Source: Sphyrna mokarran (taxonomy: Eukaryota). From it: a stretch of 64,000 nt of DNA. Position 1 is the stretch's first letter; each line of letters begins with the position of its first letter. The position numbers and the translations under genes are program-made. Location of the stretch: the NCBI GenBank assembly GCA_024679065.1, contig JAGIQG010000004.1:35278001-35342000 (forward strand), read 5' to 3'. Shown here in pieces: positions 53,135 through 64,000 of this stretch. Under the pieces are notes generated by a model. The model saw nothing but the letters and a program-made list of their open reading frames with translations, was not told where the DNA came from and made no database searches.

Positions 53135-53253
53135 TGCCATTCTGCCTTTACTTCCCTGGTGTTTTGGTTGTGTTGTATTTGCCCATTAATTGCCATTCTG
53201 CCTTTACTTCCCTGTTGTTTTGGTTGTGTTGTATTTGCCCATAAATTGCCATT
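53135..53253. repeat. Tandem duplication, 56-bp unit, ~2.1 copies
   Basis: tgccattctgcctttacttccctg(g/t)tgttttggttgtgttgtatttgcccat(t/a)aat repeated. Confidence 0.95.
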
Positions 53254-53879
53254 TAAGTCACCTAAAAAGTGAGACTTGTTATTGAAAGAAGTGTCCTTCT
53301 AACAAAGTAATCAGGAGTGGTAATTATTGCCTTTCTGACCCCAAAAATATAAGTGTGGTGTTTCATTCCATCAGGTTTTGATTTTTTTAAGGAGGCTTTT
53401 AAGTATCAAATTTGAATACTTTTCTTACTTATCGTTTATCTTTTTATCTCTCTTAATCCTATCTTCTCCTCTATTTCTCATTCTATATCTGATTTGACAT
53501 TGGCTTAATTCACCTCCTTCTCCATCCTTCCTTGTTTTAATTTTCAATTGTTAAGTCCCATTGGTTAACCCTGTTGGCTGCTCTGTTTCTGAAGCTGAAA
53601 CATCAACAGCTCATATTTTAAGCAGCTTTGTGGGCAAAACTTACTGAGTTGAGAAGTGCAAGTCTAACTAATGGCAGACACTGTGCAATGGCCTGCTGCA
53701 GCAAAACATGGCCCATTTAACAAAGCTTTCTGGATAAATTCAGATTATGAAATTAAACTGTTTTTCAACCTCAACTGATTTAAATTCTACAGCTGGCAAA
53801 CCATAATTGGCAAGGAATGCAAAAAATATAAATACATTTGAAATTATATAAAATCATGCAAATAAATGAAAACGCTGCA

Positions 53880-54200
53880 GTATAAACAATTTTATTGATT
53901 ATGCAATAAGGTTGCAGCTAGATATATTAAACATCATAAATAGAAGAAAATGTTGGTTGTGATTGCAGTCTGCACCTATGATTTTGCACAATCAGCTTAT
54001 TCTTTTTACTTTCTATGCCATTATGGGAATTATGCATAAAATATAAATGTGTCATTTCAATGACGTGCACATCTTTTTTTGATTGTCTTCCAACATTATT
54101 TGTTCTGTTTGTCATGCTGATCGGGTTAAATGGTCTATAAATAGGAAAATCTACAGCAATCCTCCACATCCATAAGCGGCTAATCAATTAAACTCTTCAA
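53880..54200. promoter_or_regulatory. Candidate enhancer / conserved non-coding element
   Basis: No recognisable TE; TTATGCATAA (POU-like, 54030-54039), CTATAAATAG (MEF2 consensus, 54135-54144), TAATCAATTA (paired-class homeodomain P2-like, 54181-54190). Confidence 0.3.
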
Positions 54201-54266
54201 ATATTTTTCAGCACTTCTAATCAGCAACTGCACAAAACAAGCCAATCAAACCACATGGTTTTCAAA

Positions 54267-54706
54267 GTAAAGGTAAAATGCTGTGGATGTTGGAATCTGT
54301 ACCAAAAAATACTGGAAAATTTCAGCAGGTCTGACAGCATCTATGGAAGCCATGATGTGGAGATGCTGGCATTGGACTGGGTAAGCACAGAAGTCTCACA
54401 ACACCAGGTTAATGTCCAACCTGGTGTTTAACCTGGTGTTGCCAGACTTCTTACTGAGCATCTGTAGAGACAGAATAGAGCCAATGTAGAGTCTGGATAA
54501 CCCTTCATCAGAGCTAAGAGCAAAGAAAATCAGATGAGATTTATGCTATAAGGGTTGGGGGGTGTATTGGTTGTAAGGTTTGGAAACAAGATGGAGAGCA
54601 AGAATGGGGAAGTGGAAAATGAGAGAAATGAGAATGAAGAGTGATAAAAATGGATGAATGAGATGAAAAGAAAAAGACGACAAATAAATAGAAATGGGCT
54701 GAAGGC
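54267..54706 (-). mobile_element. Penelope family B 3' end with nested family A copy (54348-54456)
   Basis: Inverse of the 16456-16956 type; TSD ggttttcaaa (54257-54266 / 54707-54716); inner TSD agcatctatgga / agcatctgtaga. Confidence 0.75.
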
Positions 54707-57700
54707 GGTTTTCAAACCAATCTTGGCTGTCATGTTCTTCCTGATTCAGATCAGTAAATACAACTAATAAATAATATTTATATCATCTTACACAAAAAAT
54801 GAAATTCATAAAATTAGGCAATAGGTACAAGGAAGTGAAAAGATAGCCCGGTTTCCCTTTGCACAGGCATACTCCTCTCTCCAGGACCAGGGGTTTGAGT
54901 TTCACAAATACCAAAGTTGGGGATCCGATTTTCCTTCTTAGTCCCCAAACCATCTATGATGCCCAGCTTTCAAAAGTGCAGTCATTATTCTGTTCTCATA
55001 AAAATCCATCCTTGATTCCTCAAGTCTCTAAATTTCAAACTCCCCTTTCTTGTCATAGCTTGCTGAACATGTCACAACCTCGCAGCTGTGCTTCAGTGCC
55101 TTCAATTGGGCTTATGCTCTACCATTACAGTCCTACACAAATTTGTAAACAACATTTTTGGTGACTATAATCCTTCTGCAAACCTCCTGCAGCCTCTGAC
55201 ATGGTCATCCATACTACTACATCTCTCTTGTGCTCTTCAGCAACATTGGAATTATCTCATTTGATTCCACTCAGACGGAGCAATTCTAACAATGGCTTCT
55301 TGTCTCATTAGAGATCAATCCATGGTCCCTTACTCTACATATTGCCCCTTGCCAAAAACAAGGGAAAATTTTCCACGTGCCCTAATTATTAAGGGCCGAA
55401 TGGCTACTCCTGCACCTATGTTCAACGTATAGCTCTCTAATATCTTCCTGACTCTGTGTAGCAGGCTATCTTTCCAACGGAACATTGAATGATTTGGAAG
55501 TGCCATCAGAAAATCATCATTTCCATATTACTGACTCTATCCCCGACATACTGACCACCCTTCAATCATTTCTCTCCCACCCTTATTTCTCCCATTGATA
55601 CATTTATACGATCTAAAAAGTCAGATTTTGTAGAGTGCAAGTGCACTCCATTCTCATGATTTCTATATATTCACTAATTAATTGTTTAGGGAGTTGTGTA
55701 TGGGCAGTAAAAAGCAAGAGCAACTTCCAGGACTGGAGTGCAGAAGATAATTTTATCATGGTGTACAGTACAGGTATAATTGAGTCCTGTTTGTATAACG
55801 ACATAACCTATCCTAATTTTTATACTTGTTATAACTTATTTGCCTATATTAAAGCAACAAAGACATGAAGTAATGCTTGCCCAGTGAAAAAGCTGATCAA
55901 TGATTAATGTAGGATTGCAAAGAATTGAAAGAGAAGGAGCATACACTTTAAACACTACACTTTTGGAAGTGTCATTATAGCATGTAGAAGCACTGTTTTT
56001 AAACTGTACAAATAACCCTGGCTTATCATTTACTTTCACTGCTCCTTGTTTGCTTCTTTGAGGGATAATAAAATGGATATTTTTCTGAATGCAACTTATT
56101 TTCTCCCAGATCCATTTTCTTCTCATTTTATCCCCTGGATTTTGAAAAGAGAGACGAAAAACAACTTTTTAGTTGCTTTAATATAGCAATGTCTCCATTT
56201 TTTAAAAAGCTACTCTCCTTAAATAATAAAACATTCAGAGCTGTGTGCTATTTTTGTATTTTCTCCATTTCATTAGGCTAATAATACAAGACAGCATTTA
56301 CAACACAGAAACTTGAGAGTCGTCAGAAGAATCGAGGCTATATTGTAGCCCCACATCTGGTTCATCTGAAACTTGCCACTAGTAGGGCTCTGCACTGGGA
56401 AATAATGATTTGTCTCCAAGTGTCTGGAGTTGTCAGAAACTTCTAGAGTCATTCTCTTGCCTGAAATCATCAAGAAGAAGCAGTCTACTCAAGAAGACCA
56501 TTATGCCACCTTTTGCAGCACCCAGACTACCACAACCTATACTCTATGACTCAAAAAATGGCAGCTATGAATAATTTTACAGCAAAAGTTCTTTTTCAGT
56601 AAACATTTACAGTAAGTGACGCTTGTAGATTAACACAAACCAAATCTGCTGTCCATAGTTTCATAAAATGTTCATTTGACAAATGACAGAGCAACTACGG
56701 AGTAGCAATAATTTTGTATGTGGTTTTCTGTAATTCGATTTAGTGGTCAATAGCCACTTTAAAGTACACTGTTTCCCTTCAGTAATCAATATTCTTTTAT
56801 TCTTGGTTGCTGTTTCGTATTGATATTCAATACATTTGATAAAAGATCCTTCCTTTTGCCCCGCTATGTTGGGTAGAATTCTCCCATCTCAGGGTAAGCC
56901 CAGAGGCAGGGATGGGATGAGAAGCGTTTCATGCTGGTTAGGCCACATCTTCTGGTCTTGCTGTTATTAAATGTGCAACCGGGATTTAGTATTGTGTGGT
57001 GGGGCAGACTTGATGGCATTGAGGGAATGAGCAGCCTTTACGTCATGTGTCTGTATAGGCCTTCCTTTTGCATGTGAATGTGCTCTACACTCTGAAAGGA
57101 GCTGGTCCACAATCTCTGTCCAGTTTGAACCAGTAATGATTTTCCACTGAGAAGTTTGCTATCTTACAGGAGAAGAATGAGGAATGCTCCAACTGATGTA
57201 ACGTCCAGCCCACTTTCAAGTGTTCTCTTCTTTGAGCAGCAACTTCAACACAACTGGGTGGAACAGGAGAAGACCAGAGGTTTCGACCACACCTGAGGTC
57301 ATTAACCAAGTTCAAGGAGAGGGATTCAGGGTTACTGGTAATCAAGAGGGACAGAGTCATCAGCAGTAGGGAGCTTGACCTTGGCTATCCACCCAGTAAA
57401 GATTCTTCCATTCACTGGAAATCTAAAGGTCACGTGTACCTCCATGTTGGAGGCAGTTGATGCTCATTTGCACTCTCCTGTCTCACTTACAGGTGCCTCC
57501 AGAAAGAGACCAATGCCTGAGGAGGAGAACAATTTTCCCAACTCCAGCCAGAGCACAGGATGGAGATAATAGGAAGCGGAAGAGAAGATCGCCAGAATAT
57601 TCAATATATCACAACGTTCACTTGCACAATCCACCAGCTCAGGTACACACACCTCAGAGGAGTGGGGGTTTTAGTTCTAGTTCAGGAAGAGTCACATAAT

Positions 57701-58048
57701 ATGGTGGTCACAACATGGATACGTGTCTACAACAGGAGGGGACAAGTTCAGCTGAGCTTCACAGTTCCCAAAGCACAGCCAGGAAAGGAGCATCTGTGAG
57801 GTTCCAAACCAATGATGACCCTTTTGAATCAGCCTTTCAATTTTTGATGGAGGTGTGGCAATATCAGCAAGAGTGACTGGATGCCACCAACAAAGTGAGT
57901 CGCAGGAGTCCATCTGTTTGCTCTCTGATAAAGTGATGCCATTTGTGCCTGTACTGAGGCCTCCATGGGGAGGATGGCGGACACCACAGAGACTGCCCAG
58001 CGGAATAAGGAGATGCATGCAGGCCTACACGCCATCACTGTTGCCGCA

Positions 58049-58786
58049 GGAGAGGGCGAACAGTTGAGAGGAGTGAAGGTGCATGGGACAGGAGAATGCA
58101 ACTGTGAAGGAAGGTGTCATAAGGAAGGGAATTTGGAGGGGTAAAGGTGCCTGGGGAGAGGAAAAAGTAACAAGCGGTGAAGGGAGTAGATGGGTAGATG
58201 AGTAAGGTGGGATGAAGGAGTCAGATAAGGATTCGTGGGAGAGGAAGGAATAAAGGAACAAATAAAGAGTGGTGAAGGAGTTGGGGAGGGGGGTTGATAG
58301 GAATAAGAAGGATGAAGGCGTAAGGGAGGATGAAGGGGTAGGGGAAAGGATAGAGTACGTGGAAAGCAATGGCAATGTGTGAGGTGAAGCGGACACTTCG
58401 ACATCCTCCAGGTGCCTCATCGCCTCAAGGCTTCAGACTATAGTCCTCAGACACCTTATGGGAGGAGGGATAGCAGCTGGACACGCTTGCCTCATTCACT
58501 CAGACTCTCTCCATTCTGCTGTTGAAGTTTCAAAAGCACTTAGCACTGCTGAGAAAAATAAAGAAATTCTAAGCACAATAAGTTCCTCAGGTGAATGCTG
58601 TCATTGTATTATATGTAAATATATTCACATGTTCAACAACAATGTTGAGTGTTGTCTTACAGCATCATCAGCTTTGTGAGGCTCCCCCGTCTCCGCTCAC
58701 AGTTCAACTGCACGCAATCGCACTGTGTGTGTTTCTAGTGGGAGAAGTATCTGCGACAGAGCCTTTCACAACCTTGTGCAAGCACT

Positions 58787-58861
<75 letters not shown>

Positions 58862-59740
58862 ATCTGACAGTCCCATGCATTTCCAATGCTGCTTGTTGGG
58901 GCGTTTCTTCAGTCGACCAGAAGCTAAGTAATGACTGCCCGCCCACTCCCTTAAGCATTGTGTCTGCCCAACACATGGCTCTGCTCACCTTCAATTTACA
59001 ACAACGATGCTCGTACACATCTTCTCAGCTCCCCAATCACCCATGTCCTTTTTCCCATCACCATAACTTATTCCTGGCATCAATTTCAACTGCTCTCTAA
59101 TTCTCTTCAGCCAAAGCCCGTCTCCTTCATTGATATCCTGGCGAATGTGTACATTCCCTACCTCCTTGAGTACCCCACCCCATCTACAACAACCCACCTG
59201 CATCCACAATGACCGGTTCCTTCCCACCGCAAGGTCCATCTCTGCATCCGAGTTCTCACCAACCACTCTCGCCTTCTCCTGTACTGCAACTGTTGTATTC
59301 TCACCCTCCCAACTAACTGGCTTCCTCTGTCCCCTCTCACATTCACTATTTCTTCCTACATGCACACCAGGAGGCAGATATCAAATGTGCAAACCCCTCT
59401 CCTGTGCAGCCACCTGGATATTCCCTTTCCATATACTCTATCCTTTCCCTTACTCCTTCATCCTCCCTTACGCTTTCATCCTTCTTATTCCTATCAATCC
59501 CCCCCCACAAAGTTCTTCACCATTCCTTATTTGTTCCTTTATTCCTTCCTCTCCCACAGTTCCTTGTCTGACTCCTTCATCCCACCTTACTCATGCCCCC
59601 ATCTAACTTCACCACTTGTTACTTCTTCCTCTCTCCGGACACCTTTATCCCTCCAAACTCTCTTCCTTATGACACCTTCCTCCATAGTTGCATTCTCCTG
59701 CCCCATGCACCTTCACTCCTCTTAACTGTTCGCCCTCTCC
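58049..59740. repeat. Long inverted repeat: arms 58049-58366 and 59425-59740
   Basis: GA-rich left arm is the reverse complement of the CT-rich right arm; about 11 mismatches in a 110-nt stretch aligned by eye. Confidence 0.92.
58788..58859. repeat. (AC)36 microsatellite
   Basis: Perfect dinucleotide run. Confidence 0.98.
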
Positions 59741-59757
59741 CCTCCCCCAGCAAAACC

Positions 59758-59835
59758 TTCCTCCTCTACACAACTAATCTTCTTGCCTCCACACTTTGAA
59801 GTGTGGAGGCAAGAAGGTTGGTTGTGGAGGAGGAA
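59758..59835. repeat. Near-perfect palindrome / hairpin
   Basis: 18-bp perfect stem cttcttgcctccacactt-TG-aagtgtggaggcaagaag, extendable to ~37 bp with few mismatches. Confidence 0.92.
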
Positions 59836-61039
59836 TCAGTGCTTGGTTAAGACTTGGAAGTCCCAAACCATGTCTGACATCAACGAAACTGAAGCTGCTC
59901 TGTGGAAACATCGCGCCTTCTGAGAAGCTCCGTGGATACAAGGATCCATCTACAATCCCAGACAATGTCTTCCTGCAGGTCTGGAAATTGCAGGCTTCTG
60001 TCTTCTCCTTAGCCTTCTATAACATGAGCAAGGCATAACGGTAAAGTCCCAGCTTCTGCATGCCACGTTAGTTCACATGTATTCTGGAATGGAATGTTTT
60101 CTAGCTCATAGTGAAGAACTAGGAATTGGTCGAGGAAGGTTTCGGTCAGGCCATCACTTGCCTCTCATTAGCAGGATGTAAATCATTCTCCTCCCAGCAG
60201 GATTCCCAGTCTGCTATGGTGGGCATCAATGGGTAGTGATTTCAGAGAAATTCATGCCAGTGTGAAATCAAGTTTTAGGATTCCTGCCAAATTCCCTCCC
60301 CCCATTCCACCTGCTATTGAACCAGCAAACGAAAGCTTGTAAGAAATCTGACCGTTTTGATCAGTTTGGAAAATGAATTTTAAGTACTTCTCTTTCCAGT
60401 TTTAACAAAGGAACTCTTTAAACCTTAAACCTTTTTCCATTTACGGAGCTGATGGGCCAACTGTCTATTTTCTTTTGTTTTATTTCAGATTTTTGGTATT
60501 GTAATTCAAACTCCATTGTCCTTTCCATAAAATAAACTTGACTCAATACCTGCTTTTCAGACAACAATTTTGGCCAAAATCAAAGTTTTGCATCAATAGC
60601 AGTGAAAAACACCAGAATGCAGGTGACAACTGAATGCTCCCTGTAGCCTGGGGATCCACATGACTAATGCTAAAGGAGGCTTTGAGAGACACAGAGGTCT
60701 TGTCCTTGGCTTTACAAATCAACATGCGATACAGTATTGCTGGTACGTCTTATGGGATCATAGCTTTCTTATACTCAGTTCCTTTCTGTCTTGAGGACAG
60801 ATGACGGATTGTGCACTAAGCTACTCTCCCAGGGTTTTCTCCTGAAAGGACTGAGTTACAAATTCTGTGCATATGGAACTGTCATTCTGACATGAACCAG
60901 CAAAACTGGGTCTTTCTGCTGAGTTTTCAACAACAGCAAAAGTAATAATTTGCACTAATATAAGCCCTTTGACAGAGAAAAGTATTTGCACACTATTCCC
61001 AAAAGCATAAACAAACAAAGGTTGACTGTGGAAAAGAAG

Positions 61040-62110
61040 CAGATACTAGCAGCTGTCATTAAAGATTTGGCCTAAGTGACTGGTTTTAAGGAGAATCCTA
61101 ATAGAAGAGAGGGGGAGAGTTAGAGAGGTTTAAGAGGGAATTCCAAAACTTAGCCTGTACGCGGTCAATGACATGATTACTGACAGACCAAACAAGTGAG
61201 ATATGTGCAAGAGGTCAGAGATCTTAGTAGGTTGTAGAACTGGAGAAGCAGGAGCAAGACCATAGAGAATTTGATCAGAAGGTTGGGAGCTTTGCATTTT
61301 AGGTGTAGATGGATTGGGAGTTGATAGGTCTTTGAGGACAAGTATAATGGGCAAGTGGAACAAAACAGTTTAGGATAAGGGCAACAAGGGTTTTGAATGA
61401 GCTCAAATTATGGAGGTTAGCAGAGGACTGCTACATGAACATTAGAATGATCAAGCTTGGAGGCAACAAAAACACAGATAAGGGTTTCAACAGCAGTTGG
61501 GCTGAAGTAGGGGGTGTGAAGAGAACGTGGCACCAGAAGCTCCCATCAGAATCAAATAGGACACCAAGGTTATAAACCATCTGGATCAGAATGGCACAGT
61601 GGCTAAGAAGAGGGAAGGAAATGTGTGACAATAAATAAGTTCAATTACTTCCATCTTCTCAATGTTCAACCGGAAGAACTTGTCTCTCATTCAAGACAGG
61701 TTGTCAAGCTAACAGTTGAGAAAACAAAGGGTGAAGAGGAATTGATGGAGGTAAGGATATATTAAAGCTGTGAGTTAATATATATGTAGAACCTGACATT
61801 AGATATTAGGATGATGTCACGAAGGGATAGCATCTAGATGAGAAACAGAAAAAGGGGGCAAGGGAATTTCAGAGGTTCAAGGGCAGGGAAGCAAAGTCTT
61901 TGTTACAACAGAATTGATAATAACAAAACCAGGCAAGAGCACTGCCATTTAGCTGCATAATGAAGGAGGATGAGGAGGATGGTGAAGTCAAGCGTGTCAA
62001 AGGCTGCAGACAGGTTGAGAAGGGATCATACATCATGGTCCCAGTCAAAAAAGATGCTACTTGTGACTTTGGTGGAATCTTCTGTTCTCACTGGTGGCAA
62101 ACCTGGAGGC
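61040..62110 (-). mobile_element. L2 LINE remnant
   Basis: VYNLGVLFDSDGSF (like L2 VRNLGVIFDxxLSF) and LSAAFDTLD on the minus strand (~61985-62015). Confidence 0.7.
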
Positions 62111-62589
62111 TGGAAGGAGATTTATTTGTGCCTGATCCCTGCTACCTATCAGCTTGCACCAGAATGAAGTCCTGAATGGGAAGGGGTATGAAGATGTATC
62201 AGACACATACATGATTTACCTGTAGCCCAGGTCCTCCAGAAATCTGGGATCAGGAGATGTCCTTCCTGCAGCATCCACAGCCTTCTTAGTGGAGCTGTTG
62301 ATGGAAAAAGCTGTCAGCAGCTCTCATTAGACCCACTTTCATCCTGAGGAAGGGATCTTTATTCCATGGGAATACAGCCGATGGCACTGTCACTGCCAGA
62401 TTGATGTGTGGCTCAGTGGGCGGATTTCTTACCAGCTCTCTAGCTGGCATGCAAGATCCTTGATGCCACAAGATTCCACTGCTTACTTACGGCTGTTCCA
62501 GTGCTGTGGGATTTGTGGAAACCTGACTGGATGTTCCAACAAGAAGTTGCAGGAAAAGACTGATTTGGATTCTGGAGCGGTAATACATG

Positions 62590-62910
62590 CAAGAACAAAG
62601 AACAATACAACACGGGAAACAGGGCCTTCGGCCCAACGAGCCCACACTGCCATTTTAACATTGTGAGTGCCCTCCTCCACCTATGACCTTTGTCTATACC
62701 TATCAGGGAAGATTGAGGGAAGGCTAATTTAGGGACAATTTGTTATACCAATCAGCCTAAGAGCACGTCTTTGGGATGTGGGAGGAAACTGGACACTCGG
62801 AGAAAACCCATGCAATCACGGGAAGAACATGCAAACTCCTGCAGACACCGGCCCAAATCCATGTATCTGCACAGCAAACAGTGATAGTCACTGAGCTGTC
62901 ATGTTGCCCA
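62590..62910 (-). mobile_element. HE1/V-SINE-type SINE
   Basis: aagaacaaagaacaataca tail; 'tgtgggaggaaactggacactcggagaaaacccatgcaatcacgggaagaacatgcaaactcc'. Confidence 0.75.
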
Positions 62911-63261
62911 TCAGATGGTCCAGTTTAAGCATACACTAACGACGTGAAGCACTAGGCACTCTCGAGGCAACATCCAAGAACAGCCCTTGGTCAACAAGGC
63001 AGACCAAATCACCTCTGAAATAAAATAAAAGACTTCAATAAACATGCAAAACTTAGACATTTACGGAATCCCCAGAAGCGCAGAAATAAAGCAAACGAGT
63101 CATGAAATATGTTGGAAGGTCCATAGAAATAAATTGATTCCCAGGGACGTCCCAAGGCTCTTGGGAAGAACTTTTGGAAGAATAGTAAAGTGCACATGGA
63201 GTCAGAGCCAGCCAGGTTTTTTTGTCATAAGTCAAATGAATTACATAAAGCAACAGCTAAA

Positions 63262-63750
63262 GTAAATGGTAAAGTCACCATAGTCCCTGATGGCCATAGC
63301 TAGTGGACATTTAACCCAAGAATTATAGAATCTTATAGCTGGTGCAGGGTCCATTCGGCCCACTAAGTCAGCACCAATAATAATTCCAGCTAGGCCATAA
63401 CCCCACATATTTACTCCATTTATCCCTCTAATCTATGCATTCCAGGACACTAAGGAGCAATTTGGTCTGGCAAATGCATCTAATCTGACATCTTCGGACT
63501 GTGGGAGGAAACTGGAGCACTCAGAGAATACCCATATAGACACTGGGAGAAAGTGTAAACTCTGCACAGAATTGAACCCAGGACCCTGAAGCTGTGAGGC
63601 AGCAGTGTTAACCACTATGCAACCATGCCACTCACACCTCAGGCCAGGGGCAAGCTTGAGAAGACAGGGTCTTATGATTGGAATTGAACTTCCACTGTTA
63701 GTGGTGCTCTGCTCATCAATCAGATATCCAGTCAACTGAGCTAAACCAAC
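63262..63750 (-). mobile_element. tRNA-headed SINE split by an HE1-type SINE (63322-63631)
   Basis: Outer halves match 6566-6738; the inner element matches 26327-26650. Confidence 0.75.
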
Positions 63751-64000
63751 TCCCAAATAAAAGGATAATGCACAAATTCAACATGTTGTATTCTGTAATG
63801 ACAATTGGTTTGAATACTGTGCTCAGAGAAAAAGATAAAAGGGACTGGGAACAGTTCGTTCTACAGATCTCTTACACATCAATTCATCATTATGCTCAGC
63901 GCCAGATTCGATTCAAAATGATCTTGAAGTGCATTAGCACTAAAATAATTATGGTTCCATGAGCTAAAATTCTTTTCCTCTTTATCTCAAGTTACTCTAA

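Larger units (their letters stand above)
56871..60353. mobile_element. Possible large decayed and rearranged PIF/Harbinger-type element
   Basis: Termini gggtagaattctc / aagaaatctgacc resemble the local MITE TIRs; GC-richer interior with coiled-coil-like ORF remnants (DDPFESAFQFLME; TEASMGRMAD..HAGLHAITVA); no DDE motif seen. Confidence 0.35.

Noticed and set aside
11024-54456. Recurring ~35-40 bp motif (gatgtggagatgc..ttggact) as CRISPR-like repeats
   Set aside because: Copies are dispersed kilobases apart in both orientations with individual TSDs; there is no spacer array and no cas gene.
58025-59725. Longer ORFs (131, 158, 121, 124 aa) as genes
   Set aside because: They are low-complexity products of the CT/GA-skewed inverted repeat, with no domain or splice support.
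6130-62110. LINE orientation bias as evidence for host gene strand
   Set aside because: CR1 copies are mostly on +, but L2 remnants and most HE1 SINEs are on -; the sample is too small and inconsistent.

Overview
Eukaryotic, AT-rich vertebrate DNA, most likely from a shark. That is an inference from the repeat content: HE1/V-SINE-type and SacSINE1/Deu-type SINEs, CR1 and L2 LINEs, and shark-type Penelope fragments. No intact protein-coding gene, RNA gene or CRISPR array can be supported. The ORF track is mostly random ORFs or decayed transposon fragments. The window reads as a long intron or gene-flanking region filled with decayed and often nested TEs: CR1, L2, tRNA-SINEs, solo LTRs, a hAT (Charlie/Buster-like) transposase fossil and Harbinger-type MITEs. 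Between them lie TE-poor stretches that look constrained (~22.5-26.3, ~47.9-50.8 and ~52-54.2 kb). The most notable signals are: (1) two families of short Penelope-derived insertions with 10-15 bp target-site duplications, fold-back arms, a one-sided ~30-34 nt tail and minimal hammerhead-ribozyme motifs, one of which (51030-51070) still has an intact core; (2) a CpG-retaining cluster of minus-strand splice sites and uORFs at 24.3-24.9 kb, suggesting an alternative 5' end of an unidentified host gene; (3) a ~315-bp purine/pyrimidine-skewed inverted repeat next to a near-perfect palindrome at 58.0-59.8 kb. TE boundaries are approximate unless a TSD is quoted.
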